From Deltaproteobacteria bacterium (GTDB lineage Bacteria; Myxococcota_A; UBA796; SXON01): a stretch of DNA of 41,915 bases. Position numbers and translations under genes: made by a program. Where the stretch lies: contig VGRQ01000002.1 in NCBI GenBank assembly GCA_016875315.1, positions 1 through 41,915 of the forward strand, read 5' to 3'. The notes beneath the pieces were generated by a model. It saw only the letters and a program-made list of their open reading frames with translations, searched no databases and had not been told where the DNA came from. Of the stretch, positions 27,738 to 35,280 are shown in pieces. Position 1 is the stretch's first letter. Every line of letters starts with the position of its first letter.

Positions 27738-28335
27738 GCCAACTACTGAGGACCAGCCTGAGGCAGGCGACCACCTGTCCTTCCGAGTGGGCGCGGGCGC
27801 GGGAGTCTGCCTCCAGCCTGAACGAACCGCGTTTGCCGACGGTTACGATTGGAGTCAGGCGGCCGCTGTGGTCGGCTGCGGCCAGCTCGATCTCGCCATC
27901 GAGGCTGGCCGCTGGGCCGCCGGACTCCACGCCACGGCCGCGCCGTGGAGCCTCTCCGAGCCACTGATGGTAGGCATCGCCGTGGAGCGAGCCCTCGCGT
28001 GGCCTCCCCCCGGGCCCCTTGATGCCGCCGTCACTTTGCGGTACGGGGTGCTGGCGAGCACCTACCAGGCCGGGTCGTGGGCCACCTGGGTCGTTCCCGT
28101 CGACGAGCCGCCCACCGCCGAAATCATCGAGAACTATGCTGAAGTCGGCGGGGAGGTGAGATGGAGGATCGCACCGGGGGTACGCGCCAACGCCGGGTTG
28201 CATCTCGGGCTCGTGGTCACGGCACCCCAGCCCTACGTGACCGCCAGCGACGCGGGCGAGACGGCCTCGCGCTGGGCATTCAGCCCCTCGGGGCGGGGTT
28301 CCGTCGGGCTGCAATGTCTGATTCCCGTTCGTTGA
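27721..28335 (+). CDS. Hypothetical protein (204 aa), distant paralog of 28819-29427
   Basis: It overlaps the metzincin 3' end by 17 nt. GC3 is high in this frame. It shares patches with the downstream protein (SEPLMVGIAVE vs SAGLMVGATHE; GLHLGLVV vs GLGLATVV). Confidence 0.45.
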   Translation: MPLLGEPTTEDQPEAGDHLSFRVGAGAGVCLQPERTAFADGYDWSQAAAVVGCGQLDLAIEAGRWAAGLHATAAPWSLSEPLMVGIAVERALAWPPPGPLDAAVTLRYGVLASTYQAGSWATWVVPVDEPPTAEIIENYAEVGGEVRWRIAPGVRANAGLHLGLVVTAPQPYVTASDAGETASRWAFSPSGRGSVGLQCLIPVR

Positions 28336-28379
28336 TGGTGATGGGCGGGCAAGCTAGCCTTCTCGCCTCCTGCGACTTC

Positions 28380-28470
28380 GCCGAGCGCCACCGCCACCTT
28401 GTCGTCGTGGTAACTCCCCCCGGCGGCGAGGGCGAGGGCAACGATCACGGAGGGGGAGGTATCCGCGCCC
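28380..28470 (-). pseudogene. Remnant of a paralog of the 23869-24951 beta-barrel gene (5' end with an internal deletion)
   Basis: 28380-28431 matches 24511-24562 (4 mismatches in 52). The sequence then jumps to homology with 24921-24975. The junction lies in the microhomology CGGC(A/G)GCGAGG. Confidence 0.6.
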
Positions 28471-28478
28471 CGCCCACG

Positions 28479-28665
28479 TTCGCGGCGGCAAGTCAAGGGG
28501 ACCGCCGGGTCCGGCCGAGCTACCGCCGCGGAACGCGGCTTTCACGGCGGCAAGTCAAGGGGACTGCCGGGTCCGGCCGAGTTGCCGCCGCAGAACGCGG
28601 CTTTCGCGGCGGCAAGTCAACGGCACCGAGAGGTCCGGTCGAGTTGCCGCCGCGCCACGCGGCGC
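28479..28665. repeat. Three tandem copies of a 62-bp unit (GGCGGCAAGTCAAGGGGACCGCCGGGTCCGGCCGAGCTACCGCCGCGGAACGCGGCTTTCAC)
   Basis: ggcggcaagtcaa starts at 28484, 28546 and 28608, an exact 62-bp period. Each unit has internal hairpins (GGCGG...CCGCC; GCCGCG-gaa-CGCGGC). The third copy is the most diverged. Confidence 0.85.
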
Positions 28666-28705
28666 CGCCGGGGTCCCCGCCTGCGCACGAGTCCGCCGGG
28701 CGAGT

Positions 28706-28750
28706 CGCCTGGAGGAGGCGGTGCGCGTGCGCCGGAAGCTCCGCGAGGCC
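28706..28750. repeat. 45-bp perfect duplicate of 25031-25075 (5' coding part of the small ORF at 25001)
   Basis: cgcctggaggaggcggtgcgcgtgcgccggaagctccgcgaggcc is identical at both sites. Confidence 0.9.
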
Positions 28751-28818
28751 GAGAGTCGACGACCCTAGGGGCACCTGACCCTCAACTTCCCCCATCCCGG
28801 GGATACCGAGCCACCTCC

Positions 28819-29427
28819 ATGTCGCCCTCGACCGACCTCGCCGCCGAGTCGCCCGACCAGCCACGCGCCGTCGCCCGCCCGGGATGCTCCGTCGAAGCAG
28901 GCGGCTGGTTTCCCACCGAGGGGGTCCTGACCATCGGGGGTGAGAGGTGGCACCGCGCCGCCGACCCCGCCGTCGTGGCCGGCCTGCGCGTGCAACTCGA
29001 CCTCGATCCCTCCGGCCTGTCGATCTCAGCGGCGGCAAGGCGGACGCTGACCCTCGTGGCCGACGCGGACTGGACGGTCGTGGCCGGGCTCGGTGGTGAC
29101 CTCGTGCAGCGCGGGCCCTTCGGCCTCTCGGCGGGACTCATGGTGGGCGCAACCCACGAGACCTGGCAGACGGCGATACCCGTCGCGCTGTTAGTGGAAA
29201 ACCCTGCGCCCACCTACGCGAGTTGGCTGCCGCTGGCCGAAGGCTGGGTCACGCTTGCCTGGCCGCGGCAGTCCGTGTTCCAGGGCGTCGCCCGAGGCGG
29301 CCTCGGCCTGGCCACGGTGGTCGACGTTGGCGACGAGTGGTCCTCGGGGTGGAGCGCCCTGCTGGTACCGGGGGCGGCGTTCACCCTTGGCGTCAACTAC
29401 GTCGCCGGACACCGGCGCCTGCCCTGA
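28819..29427 (+). CDS. Hypothetical protein (202 aa), distant paralog of 27721-28335
   Basis: I use the internal ATG of ORF 28582 because the upstream part runs through the 62-bp repeats and is Arg/Pro junk. The frame has coding-like GC3. Confidence 0.5.
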   Translation: MSPSTDLAAESPDQPRAVARPGCSVEAGGWFPTEGVLTIGGERWHRAADPAVVAGLRVQLDLDPSGLSISAAARRTLTLVADADWTVVAGLGGDLVQRGPFGLSAGLMVGATHETWQTAIPVALLVENPAPTYASWLPLAEGWVTLAWPRQSVFQGVARGGLGLATVVDVGDEWSSGWSALLVPGAAFTLGVNYVAGHRRLP

Positions 29428-29458
29428 GCCGCGGCGCCGTTCCCGAGCACGACTAGCC

Positions 29459-29485
29459 CTCAACTTCCCCCCGCGCTGACCGATA
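29459..29485 (+). promoter_or_regulatory. Sigma-28-type motif TCAACTTC-N11-ACCGATAC ending 9 nt before the flhA ATG
   Basis: Same 8+11+8 geometry as the sites at 2116 and 31584. No SD lies between it and the ATG at 29495. Confidence 0.45.
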
Positions 29486-29494
29486 CCCCCGGCG

Positions 29495-31603
29495 ATGGCC
29501 TCCGCCTCCGCCGCCCGTCCCGCCGCCGTGCCCTTCGCGGGCATCCGCGCCAACGCGGACGCCCTGCTCGCCCTCGGCGTGTTCGCCGTGGTGGCGATCA
29601 TGATGGTGCCCCTGCCGCCCATCGTGCTCGACCTCATGCTGGCCGGCAGCATCACCCTCTCGCTGCTCGTCTTCCTCGTCGCCATCTACACGCGCCGGCC
29701 CGTCGAGTTCAGCGTGTTCCCCACGGTGTTGCTCGTCACCACCGTGTTTCGCCTCTCGCTCAACGTGGCGAGCACCCGGCTCATTCTCACCCACGGCTCC
29801 GAGGGCACCCACGCCGCCGGGCACGTGATCGAGGCGGTGGGCAACTTCCTCATCGGCGGCAACGCGCTCGTCGGCTTCATCGTCTTCTGCATCCTGGTGA
29901 CCATCAACTTCATGGTGGTGACCAAGGGCGCCGGGCGCGTGGCCGAGGTGGCAGCGCGCTTCACCCTCGACGCGATGCCGGGCAAGCAGATGGCGGTCGA
30001 CGCCGAGCTCAACGCCGGCCTCATCGACGAGAAGACCGCCAAGCGTCGCCGCGCCGAGGTGGCCCGCGAGGCCGACTTCTACGGCGCGATGGACGGTGCC
30101 AGCAAGTTCATCAAGGGCGACGCGATCGCCGCGATCATCATCACCCTCATCAACATCGTGGGTGGCATCATCATCGGCGTGGTGATGGACGACCTCGACG
30201 TCGTCACCGCGCTGTCAAACTACACCATCCTCACCATCGGCGACGGCCTCGCCTCGCAGTTCCCGGCGCTCATCACCTCCGCCGCCGCCGGCATGCTCGT
30301 CACCCGCGTCAACGACGTGGAGGACAACACCCTCGACAACCAGATCGGCCACCAGCTCCTCGGCAACCCGCGGGTGATCGCCATCCTCGCGGTGCTGGCA
30401 AGCTTCTTCGTGTTCGTCCCCGGCTTGCGACTGGTGTTCGCCATCATCGCCGTGGCCCTCGGCGCCCTCGCCTACGCGCTCCGCAACCAGGCGCCGGTGG
30501 CCAGCGCGGCGGCCGACGACGCACCGGCCGCCCCCGCCGAGACCCCCATCGAAGACCTGCTCAAGGTCGACCCGGTGGTGATCGAGCTGGGCCTCGACCT
30601 GCTGTACCTCGGCGACGAGCAGAAGGGGGGCCAGCTGGTGCAGCGCATCCAGCAGCTTCGCCGCCAGGTGGCCAGCGACCTCGGCCTCGTGCTCCCCACC
30701 TTCCGCCTGCGCGACAACGTGCGCCTCGGCGCCGGGCAATACCGCATCCTCTTGCGCGGGGAGACCATCGGGCAGGGAAACGTGGTGTCGCGACAGAACC
30801 TCGCCCTCGACCCCGGGACGGCCACCGCGCCGCTGAAGGGCACCGAGGGCAAGGACCCGGTGTTTGGTATGAAGGGCTACTGGGTGCCCGACGCGATGCG
30901 CCTCAAGGCGCAGTCGCTCGGCTACACCGTGGTCGACGTGCCCACCGTGCTCACGACGCACCTCGACGACCTCGTGAAGCGCCACGCCCACGAGCTGTTC
31001 GGCCGCCAGAACCTCGCCGACGCGCTGGAACGGGTGTCGCAGTCCAACCCCAAGCTCGTCGAGGAGCTCACGCCCGATCCGCTCCCCCGCAGCGCCGTGC
31101 TGCGCGTGTTCCGCAACCTCATCGCCGAGGGCGTGGGCGTGCGCGACACGCAGGGCATCCTCGAGGCGCTCTCCGAGTTCGCCCCCCGGACGCGTGACCC
31201 CGACGTGCTCACCGAGTTCGTCCGCGCCCGCCTCGCCCGCGCCGTGACCGCCCGCTTCACCGGCGACGACGGCGTGCTCCGCTACATCGGCCTCGCCGCC
31301 GACGCGGAAGACGCGGTGAGCCGTGGCCTCCAGGGCAACGACGGCGGCGCGATGTCCTTGGTGCTCGACCCCGACACCACCCGCAAGCTCTTCGCGGCGC
31401 TGCGCCACCAGGTGGAGTCCTACTCGGGCCCCGGGGAGGTGGTGCTGCTCGTGCCGCCGCTGGCGCGCGGGCCGATGCGGCGGCTCATCGAGAAGGCGCT
31501 GCCGCGGGTGCCGGTGATGTCGCCGAGCGAGATCGTCCCCGGCACCGGGCTGGAGCGCGCCGGCGAGTTGTCGCTGCGGCCGCTCAAGTCCGCCGCGTCC
31601 TGA
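29495..31603 (+). CDS. flhA: Flagellar export-gate protein FlhA
   Basis: Full-length match to the FlhA/SctV family (MMVPLPPIVLDLMLAGSITLSLLVFLVAIY, FPTVLLVTTVFRLSLNVASTRLIL, FTLDAMPGKQMAVDAELNAG, FYGAMDGASKFIKGDAIA). The adjacent fliA/flg genes support the flagellar assignment. Confidence 0.95.
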   Translation: MASASAARPAAVPFAGIRANADALLALGVFAVVAIMMVPLPPIVLDLMLAGSITLSLLVFLVAIYTRRPVEFSVFPTVLLVTTVFRLSLNVASTRLILTHGSEGTHAAGHVIEAVGNFLIGGNALVGFIVFCILVTINFMVVTKGAGRVAEVAARFTLDAMPGKQMAVDAELNAGLIDEKTAKRRRAEVAREADFYGAMDGASKFIKGDAIAAIIITLINIVGGIIIGVVMDDLDVVTALSNYTILTIGDGLASQFPALITSAAAGMLVTRVNDVEDNTLDNQIGHQLLGNPRVIAILAVLASFFVFVPGLRLVFAIIAVALGALAYALRNQAPVASAAADDAPAAPAETPIEDLLKVDPVVIELGLDLLYLGDEQKGGQLVQRIQQLRRQVASDLGLVLPTFRLRDNVRLGAGQYRILLRGETIGQGNVVSRQNLALDPGTATAPLKGTEGKDPVFGMKGYWVPDAMRLKAQSLGYTVVDVPTVLTTHLDDLVKRHAHELFGRQNLADALERVSQSNPKLVEELTPDPLPRSAVLRVFRNLIAEGVGVRDTQGILEALSEFAPRTRDPDVLTEFVRARLARAVTARFTGDDGVLRYIGLAADAEDAVSRGLQGNDGGAMSLVLDPDTTRKLFAALRHQVESYSGPGEVVLLVPPLARGPMRRLIEKALPRVPVMSPSEIVPGTGLERAGELSLRPLKSAAS

Positions 31604-31610
31604 CCGATAG
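31584..31610 (+). promoter_or_regulatory. Sigma-28-type motif TCAAGTCC-N11-ACCGATAG upstream of fliA (inside the flhA 3' end)
   Basis: Read directly. GGAGG SD at 31630-31634 and GTG start at 31643 follow. Confidence 0.5.
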
Positions 31611-31642
31611 CGAGACCGAACAGGAACCCGGAGGCCACCCCC

Positions 31643-32419
31643 GTGATCCGCGCCTACGCGAAAAACGCTGAACGCAGGGTAGAGGGCATGACCAAGGAGG
31701 AGGCCTGCGCCGCCTTCGGGCCGAAGATCCTCGCCATCGCCCGCCGGGTGTACACGCAGGTGCGCGACGACGCCGGGGTGGGCCTCGACGACCTCGTGAG
31801 CTTCGGGGTGCTCGGGCTGCTCGAGGCCTTCGATCGCTACACCGAGGGCCACGGCATCGAGTTCCCCACCTTCGCCGAGTACCGCATCCGGGGCGCGATG
31901 CTCGACGCGCTCCGCACCATGGACACCTTCACGCGCCGCCGCCGCGACACCGCGCGCAAGCTCAAGGCTGCGACCGAGAAGGCCCGCGAGGGCGCCGGCC
32001 GCGAGCCCACCGCCACCGAGATCGCCCGCGCCATGGGCGCGAGCCTCGAGGAGTACTGGCTCGCCTGCGACATCGCCACGCCGGTGTCGCTGGTGCCCAT
32101 GGAAGAGCAGCTCGACACCGACGGCCACATCCGCACCGCGCTCACCGCGCCGAGCCACAGCGAGCTGCCGAGCCACATGGTGGCGGAGGAGCTTCGCGGC
32201 GCCCTGCGCAACGCCATCGCCGCGCTGCCCGAGCGGGAACGCCAGGTGACGATGCTCTACTACGGTCGCGACATGAACCTCGCCGAGATCGGGGCCACGC
32301 TGGGGGTCACCCCCTCCCGCGTGTGTCAAGTGCTCTCGATGGCGCGCGGCAAGCTGAAGGCGGCGCTCGCGGAGCTGGTGGACGGCGAGACCTTCGACGC
32401 GATGAGGGCCTCCGGATGA
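31643..32419 (+). CDS. fliA: Flagellar sigma factor sigma-28
   Basis: Region 2 (LVSFGVLGLLEAFDRYTEGHGIEFPTFAEYRIRGAMLDALR) and region 4 (LPERERQVTMLYYGRDMNLAEIGATLGVTPSRVCQVLSMA). Confidence 0.9.
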   Translation: MIRAYAKNAERRVEGMTKEEACAAFGPKILAIARRVYTQVRDDAGVGLDDLVSFGVLGLLEAFDRYTEGHGIEFPTFAEYRIRGAMLDALRTMDTFTRRRRDTARKLKAATEKAREGAGREPTATEIARAMGASLEEYWLACDIATPVSLVPMEEQLDTDGHIRTALTAPSHSELPSHMVAEELRGALRNAIAALPERERQVTMLYYGRDMNLAEIGATLGVTPSRVCQVLSMARGKLKAALAELVDGETFDAMRASG

Positions 32420-33087
32420 AAGACATCTACATCGCACTCTCCGGCGCCACCGCCGCCTGGAACCAGCTCTCCGGCATCGCCAACAACGTGGCCAACGCCC
32501 GGACGCAGGGCTACCGCGAGGGCCGCGCCACCTTCGCCCTCGCCGAGGACGGCGGCGGGCACTACGCCCAGTCCGGCCAGGGCGCCTACTCCACCGCCGA
32601 CGGCGCGCTGGAGAACGACGGCATCGACACCCACCTCGCCCTGCGGGGCGACGGCTTCTTCGCCCTGCAGGACGGCACCTACACCCGCGACGGCAGCTTC
32701 CAGCTCGACGCCGAGGGCACGCTGGTGAGCGGCGACGGCGTGCCGGTGATGGTGGAAGGGGGCCCGCTCCAGTTGCAGCCCGGCGAGACCCTCGCCGTGG
32801 GACCGGACGGCACGGTGAAAGGCTCCCGCTCCGGCGACCTGGGCAAGATCGACATCGTGAGCCTGACCGGACCCGCGCCGCTCGGCGGCAATCGCTGGGC
32901 CGGCAGCGCCGGCGAGACCCCGGAGGGCACGAGCGTGGTGCAAGGCGCGCTCGAGGGCAGCAACGTCGATGCCATGCGCGGCATGGTGGAGATGATGGAA
33001 GCCAGCCGCTTCTTCGAGGCCCAGCAGAAGGCCATCCAGGCTAGTGACGAACTCCACCAGCGGCTCAACCGCATCGGGGGCAGCTAA
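32416..33087 (+). CDS. flgF: Flagellar basal-body rod protein FlgF
   Basis: N-terminal rod motif IYIALSGATAAWNQLSGIANNVANARTQGY. C-terminus VEMMEASRFFEAQQKAIQASDE. ATGA overlap with fliA. Confidence 0.8.
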   Translation: MKDIYIALSGATAAWNQLSGIANNVANARTQGYREGRATFALAEDGGGHYAQSGQGAYSTADGALENDGIDTHLALRGDGFFALQDGTYTRDGSFQLDAEGTLVSGDGVPVMVEGGPLQLQPGETLAVGPDGTVKGSRSGDLGKIDIVSLTGPAPLGGNRWAGSAGETPEGTSVVQGALEGSNVDAMRGMVEMMEASRFFEAQQKAIQASDELHQRLNRIGGS

Positions 33088-33863
33088 TGCGTGCGCTCTA
33101 CACCGCGGCCACCGGCATGCGGGCCTTCCAGACCAAGATCGACAACATCGCCAACAACCTGTCGAACGCGAACACCACCGGCTACAAGAAGGTGCGCGAG
33201 TCTTTCGAAGACCTCGTCTACCAGAAAGTGGGCTTCCAGGGCGGCGAGGAGGGCGCGAGCACGCCCAACCCGATGCAGGTGGGCTCCGGCGTGCGGCTCC
33301 AGGGGCTCGTGCGCGACATGAGCATGGGCGCGGTGAGTGTCACCAACAACTCCACCGACATGGTGATCGACGGCCCGGGCTTCTTCGTGGTGGAAACGCC
33401 GTCCGGGGAGGAACGTTTCACCCGCGACGGGCACCTCCGCGTGGATGGCGAGGGCAACCTCGTCACCCAGGGCGGCGACCGCCTCGCCCCCGGGATCACC
33501 GTGCCGAGCGGCTACTCGCTCGTCGTTGGCTCCGACGGCAACGTGACCGCCACCGCGCCGGACGCCTCGGAAACGGTCACCCTCGGCACCATCGAGCTGG
33601 CGATGTTCGCCAACCCCGGCGGGCTCGAGGCCGCTGGCAGCAACCTCTTCCGCGCCACCGAGGCGAGCGGCGAGGCCCAGCGCACCACCCCCGGCGAGGA
33701 CGGCGCGGGCGGCATCGTCCAGGGGGCGCTCGAGGGCAGCAACGTCGACGTGGCCGAGGAACTGGTGGGCATGATCACCGCGCAGCGCAGCTACGAGCTG
33801 TCGTCGAAGGTGATCCAGGCCGCCGACGAGATGATGCAGACCACGGTCAACCTGAGGCGGTGA
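33087..33863 (+). CDS. flgG: Flagellar distal rod protein FlgG
   Basis: MRALYTAATGMRAFQTKIDNIANNLSNANTTGYKK ... MITAQRSYELSSKVIQAADEMMQTTVNL. Confidence 0.95.
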   Translation: MRALYTAATGMRAFQTKIDNIANNLSNANTTGYKKVRESFEDLVYQKVGFQGGEEGASTPNPMQVGSGVRLQGLVRDMSMGAVSVTNNSTDMVIDGPGFFVVETPSGEERFTRDGHLRVDGEGNLVTQGGDRLAPGITVPSGYSLVVGSDGNVTATAPDASETVTLGTIELAMFANPGGLEAAGSNLFRATEASGEAQRTTPGEDGAGGIVQGALEGSNVDVAEELVGMITAQRSYELSSKVIQAADEMMQTTVNLRR

Positions 33864-34528
33864 TGCGTAGCTCTGCCGCCGATCTCTTCCCCATCCTCGT
33901 GCTCGCCGGGGCCTGCGCGCCCACGCCGGCCGAGGCGGTGGAGCCCAGCGTCGCCATCGGCGCGGCGGTGGCGGAGCGACTCGGGATCGGCGCGGCCGAC
34001 GTGGAAGTGGGCAAGGTGGACATCAGCGGCCCCGGCGACCTCGACTGGACGGTCGAGCTGCCGCGCTACGGGACCGTCACCGGTCGAGTGCCGGTGACAC
34101 TGAGCGCGTCGAGCGAGGGCCACCCCGTCCGGTTCCGGGTGACGGTCCCCGTCGATGCCTGGCTCAGCGTCCCCGTGGCCCAGTCCGACACCCTCCCCGG
34201 CCACGACCTCGTGCTGGGCACGGCGCGCGTCCGCGCCACCATCCTCGGCGCCGAGAAGCCGGTGGACCCCGCGCTCCAGTGGGAAGCGTCCACCACCCTC
34301 GCCCGGGGACAGCCGGTCACCACGCTCCGCGCCCGCCTCGCGCCCAGCGCCCGCGAGGGCGCCAGTGTCACGCTGATGGCCACGCGCGGGGCGGTCACCA
34401 TCCGCGCCCCGGGGCGCCTCGAGGGCGATGCCTTCGAGGGGCAGCCGGTGGCGGTCACCAACCTTGCAACCAAGACCATGCAGTCCGGCACCTACCGGGG
34501 CGGCATGGTGATCCTAGGGGGTTCCTGA
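33863..34528 (+). CDS. flgA: Flagellar P-ring assembly chaperone FlgA (SAF-domain type)
   Basis: Position between flgG and flgH, signal peptide, and the C-terminal motif GQPVAVTNLATKTMQSGTYRGGMVILG typical of FlgA. TGATG coupling on both sides. Confidence 0.75.
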   Translation: MRSSAADLFPILVLAGACAPTPAEAVEPSVAIGAAVAERLGIGAADVEVGKVDISGPGDLDWTVELPRYGTVTGRVPVTLSASSEGHPVRFRVTVPVDAWLSVPVAQSDTLPGHDLVLGTARVRATILGAEKPVDPALQWEASTTLARGQPVTTLRARLAPSAREGASVTLMATRGAVTIRAPGRLEGDAFEGQPVAVTNLATKTMQSGTYRGGMVILGGS

Positions 34529-35202
34529 TGTCAATCCTCTTCCTCATCGCGTGTGCCGCGACCGGCGCCAACTCGGCGGGGGCCGCGCCCCCGGTGCCCC
34601 CGGAGATGCTCGCCATGCAGGCGCCCGCGCCCGCGCCGCCCCCGGGCAGCCTGTACAGCGACGTGGGCGGCCGCGCCCTCATCGGCATGGACAACAACGC
34701 CCGTCGCGTGGGCGACCTCGTGACCGTCCTGGTGAACGAGGCCGACAGCACCAGCATGAGCGCCAACACGGCGCTGTCGCGCAGCTCGAGCACCAACGCG
34801 GAGATCTCCGCGCTGTTCGGCCTTCGCCGCATGATCCTCGACGCCAACCCCAACATGGGCGGCACCCTCGGCCTCGGCGGCAGCAGTGGCAGCCAGACCA
34901 CGGGCGACGGGGAAACGTCACGCCAGGGCAGCCTCAGCGCCGTGCTCACCTGCAAGATCACGCAGGTATTGCCCAACGGCAACCTTCAGATCTGGGGACA
35001 GAAGGAAATCCGCGTGAACGGGGAGATCCAGTACCTCACGCTCACCGGCGAGATCCGCCCCCGCGACCTGCGCCTCGACAACACCGTGCAGAGCTCGTTG
35101 ATCTTCGGTTCCAAGGTGGAGTTCACCGGCCAGGGCGACCTCGCCAGCCAGCAGCGCCAGGGCTGGGGCACCGCGGTGACCAACGCCATCTGGCCGTTCT
35201 AA
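34528..35202 (+). CDS. flgH: Flagellar L-ring lipoprotein FlgH
   Basis: MSILFLIAC lipobox. GSLYSD...RRVGDLVTVLVNE...NGNLQIWGQKEIRVNGEIQYLTLTGEIRPRDL...S are FlgH hallmarks. Confidence 0.9.
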   Translation: MSILFLIACAATGANSAGAAPPVPPEMLAMQAPAPAPPPGSLYSDVGGRALIGMDNNARRVGDLVTVLVNEADSTSMSANTALSRSSSTNAEISALFGLRRMILDANPNMGGTLGLGGSSGSQTTGDGETSRQGSLSAVLTCKITQVLPNGNLQIWGQKEIRVNGEIQYLTLTGEIRPRDLRLDNTVQSSLIFGSKVEFTGQGDLASQQRQGWGTAVTNAIWPF

Positions 35203-35210
35203 CTTAGTTC

Positions 35211-35237
35211 CCTTCGCCCCGCACCGCGGGGAGAAGG
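35211..35237 (+). terminator. GC-rich hairpin CCTTCGCCCCGC-acc-GCGGGGAGAAGG just after flgH; REP-like, related in architecture to the units inside cysG
   Basis: 12-bp stem with one mismatch. It is followed by GGTGCCCGGAGGGCGG, which resembles GGTGGCCAACGGCCGGGAGGGGGCC of the cysG units. There is no T-run. Confidence 0.4.
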
Positions 35238-35280
35238 TGCCCGGAGGGCGGATGAGGGGTGCCCGCAATAACGTCCCCCG

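Noticed and set aside
28479-28665. CRISPR array
   Set aside because: The repeats are contiguous (62-bp period with no unique spacers). There are only three copies and no cas genes in the window.
28782-28808. Fourth sigma-28-type promoter upstream of the 28819 gene
   Set aside because: It shares the -35-side 15-mer with the flhA site, but the -10 region reads GGGGATACCG and needs a 2-nt spacing change. It is probably a decayed copy carried along by the duplication.
28582-28818. N-terminal 79 codons of ORF 28582-29427
   Set aside because: This part runs through the 62-bp tandem repeats and the duplicated fragment, and its translation is Arg/Pro/Gly junk. The internal ATG at 28819 is the more plausible start.
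30215-32437. 740-aa minus-strand ORF opposite flhA/fliA, and similar long shadows (36367-38049, 34918-36294, 21881-23095, 21517-23232, 16720-18024, 25751-26803, 35259-36791, 7042-8574)
   Set aside because: All overlap genes with strong family signatures on the other strand or frame. All have the Arg/Gly/Ala/Pro-rich composition typical of non-coding frames in 70% GC DNA.
33044-34528. 494-aa ORF that would run through flgG in another frame
   Set aside because: Only the last 221 codons (from the ATG at 33863, coupled to the flgG stop) look like a protein (FlgA). The upstream part is Arg/Gly/His-rich junk overlapping the bona fide flgG.
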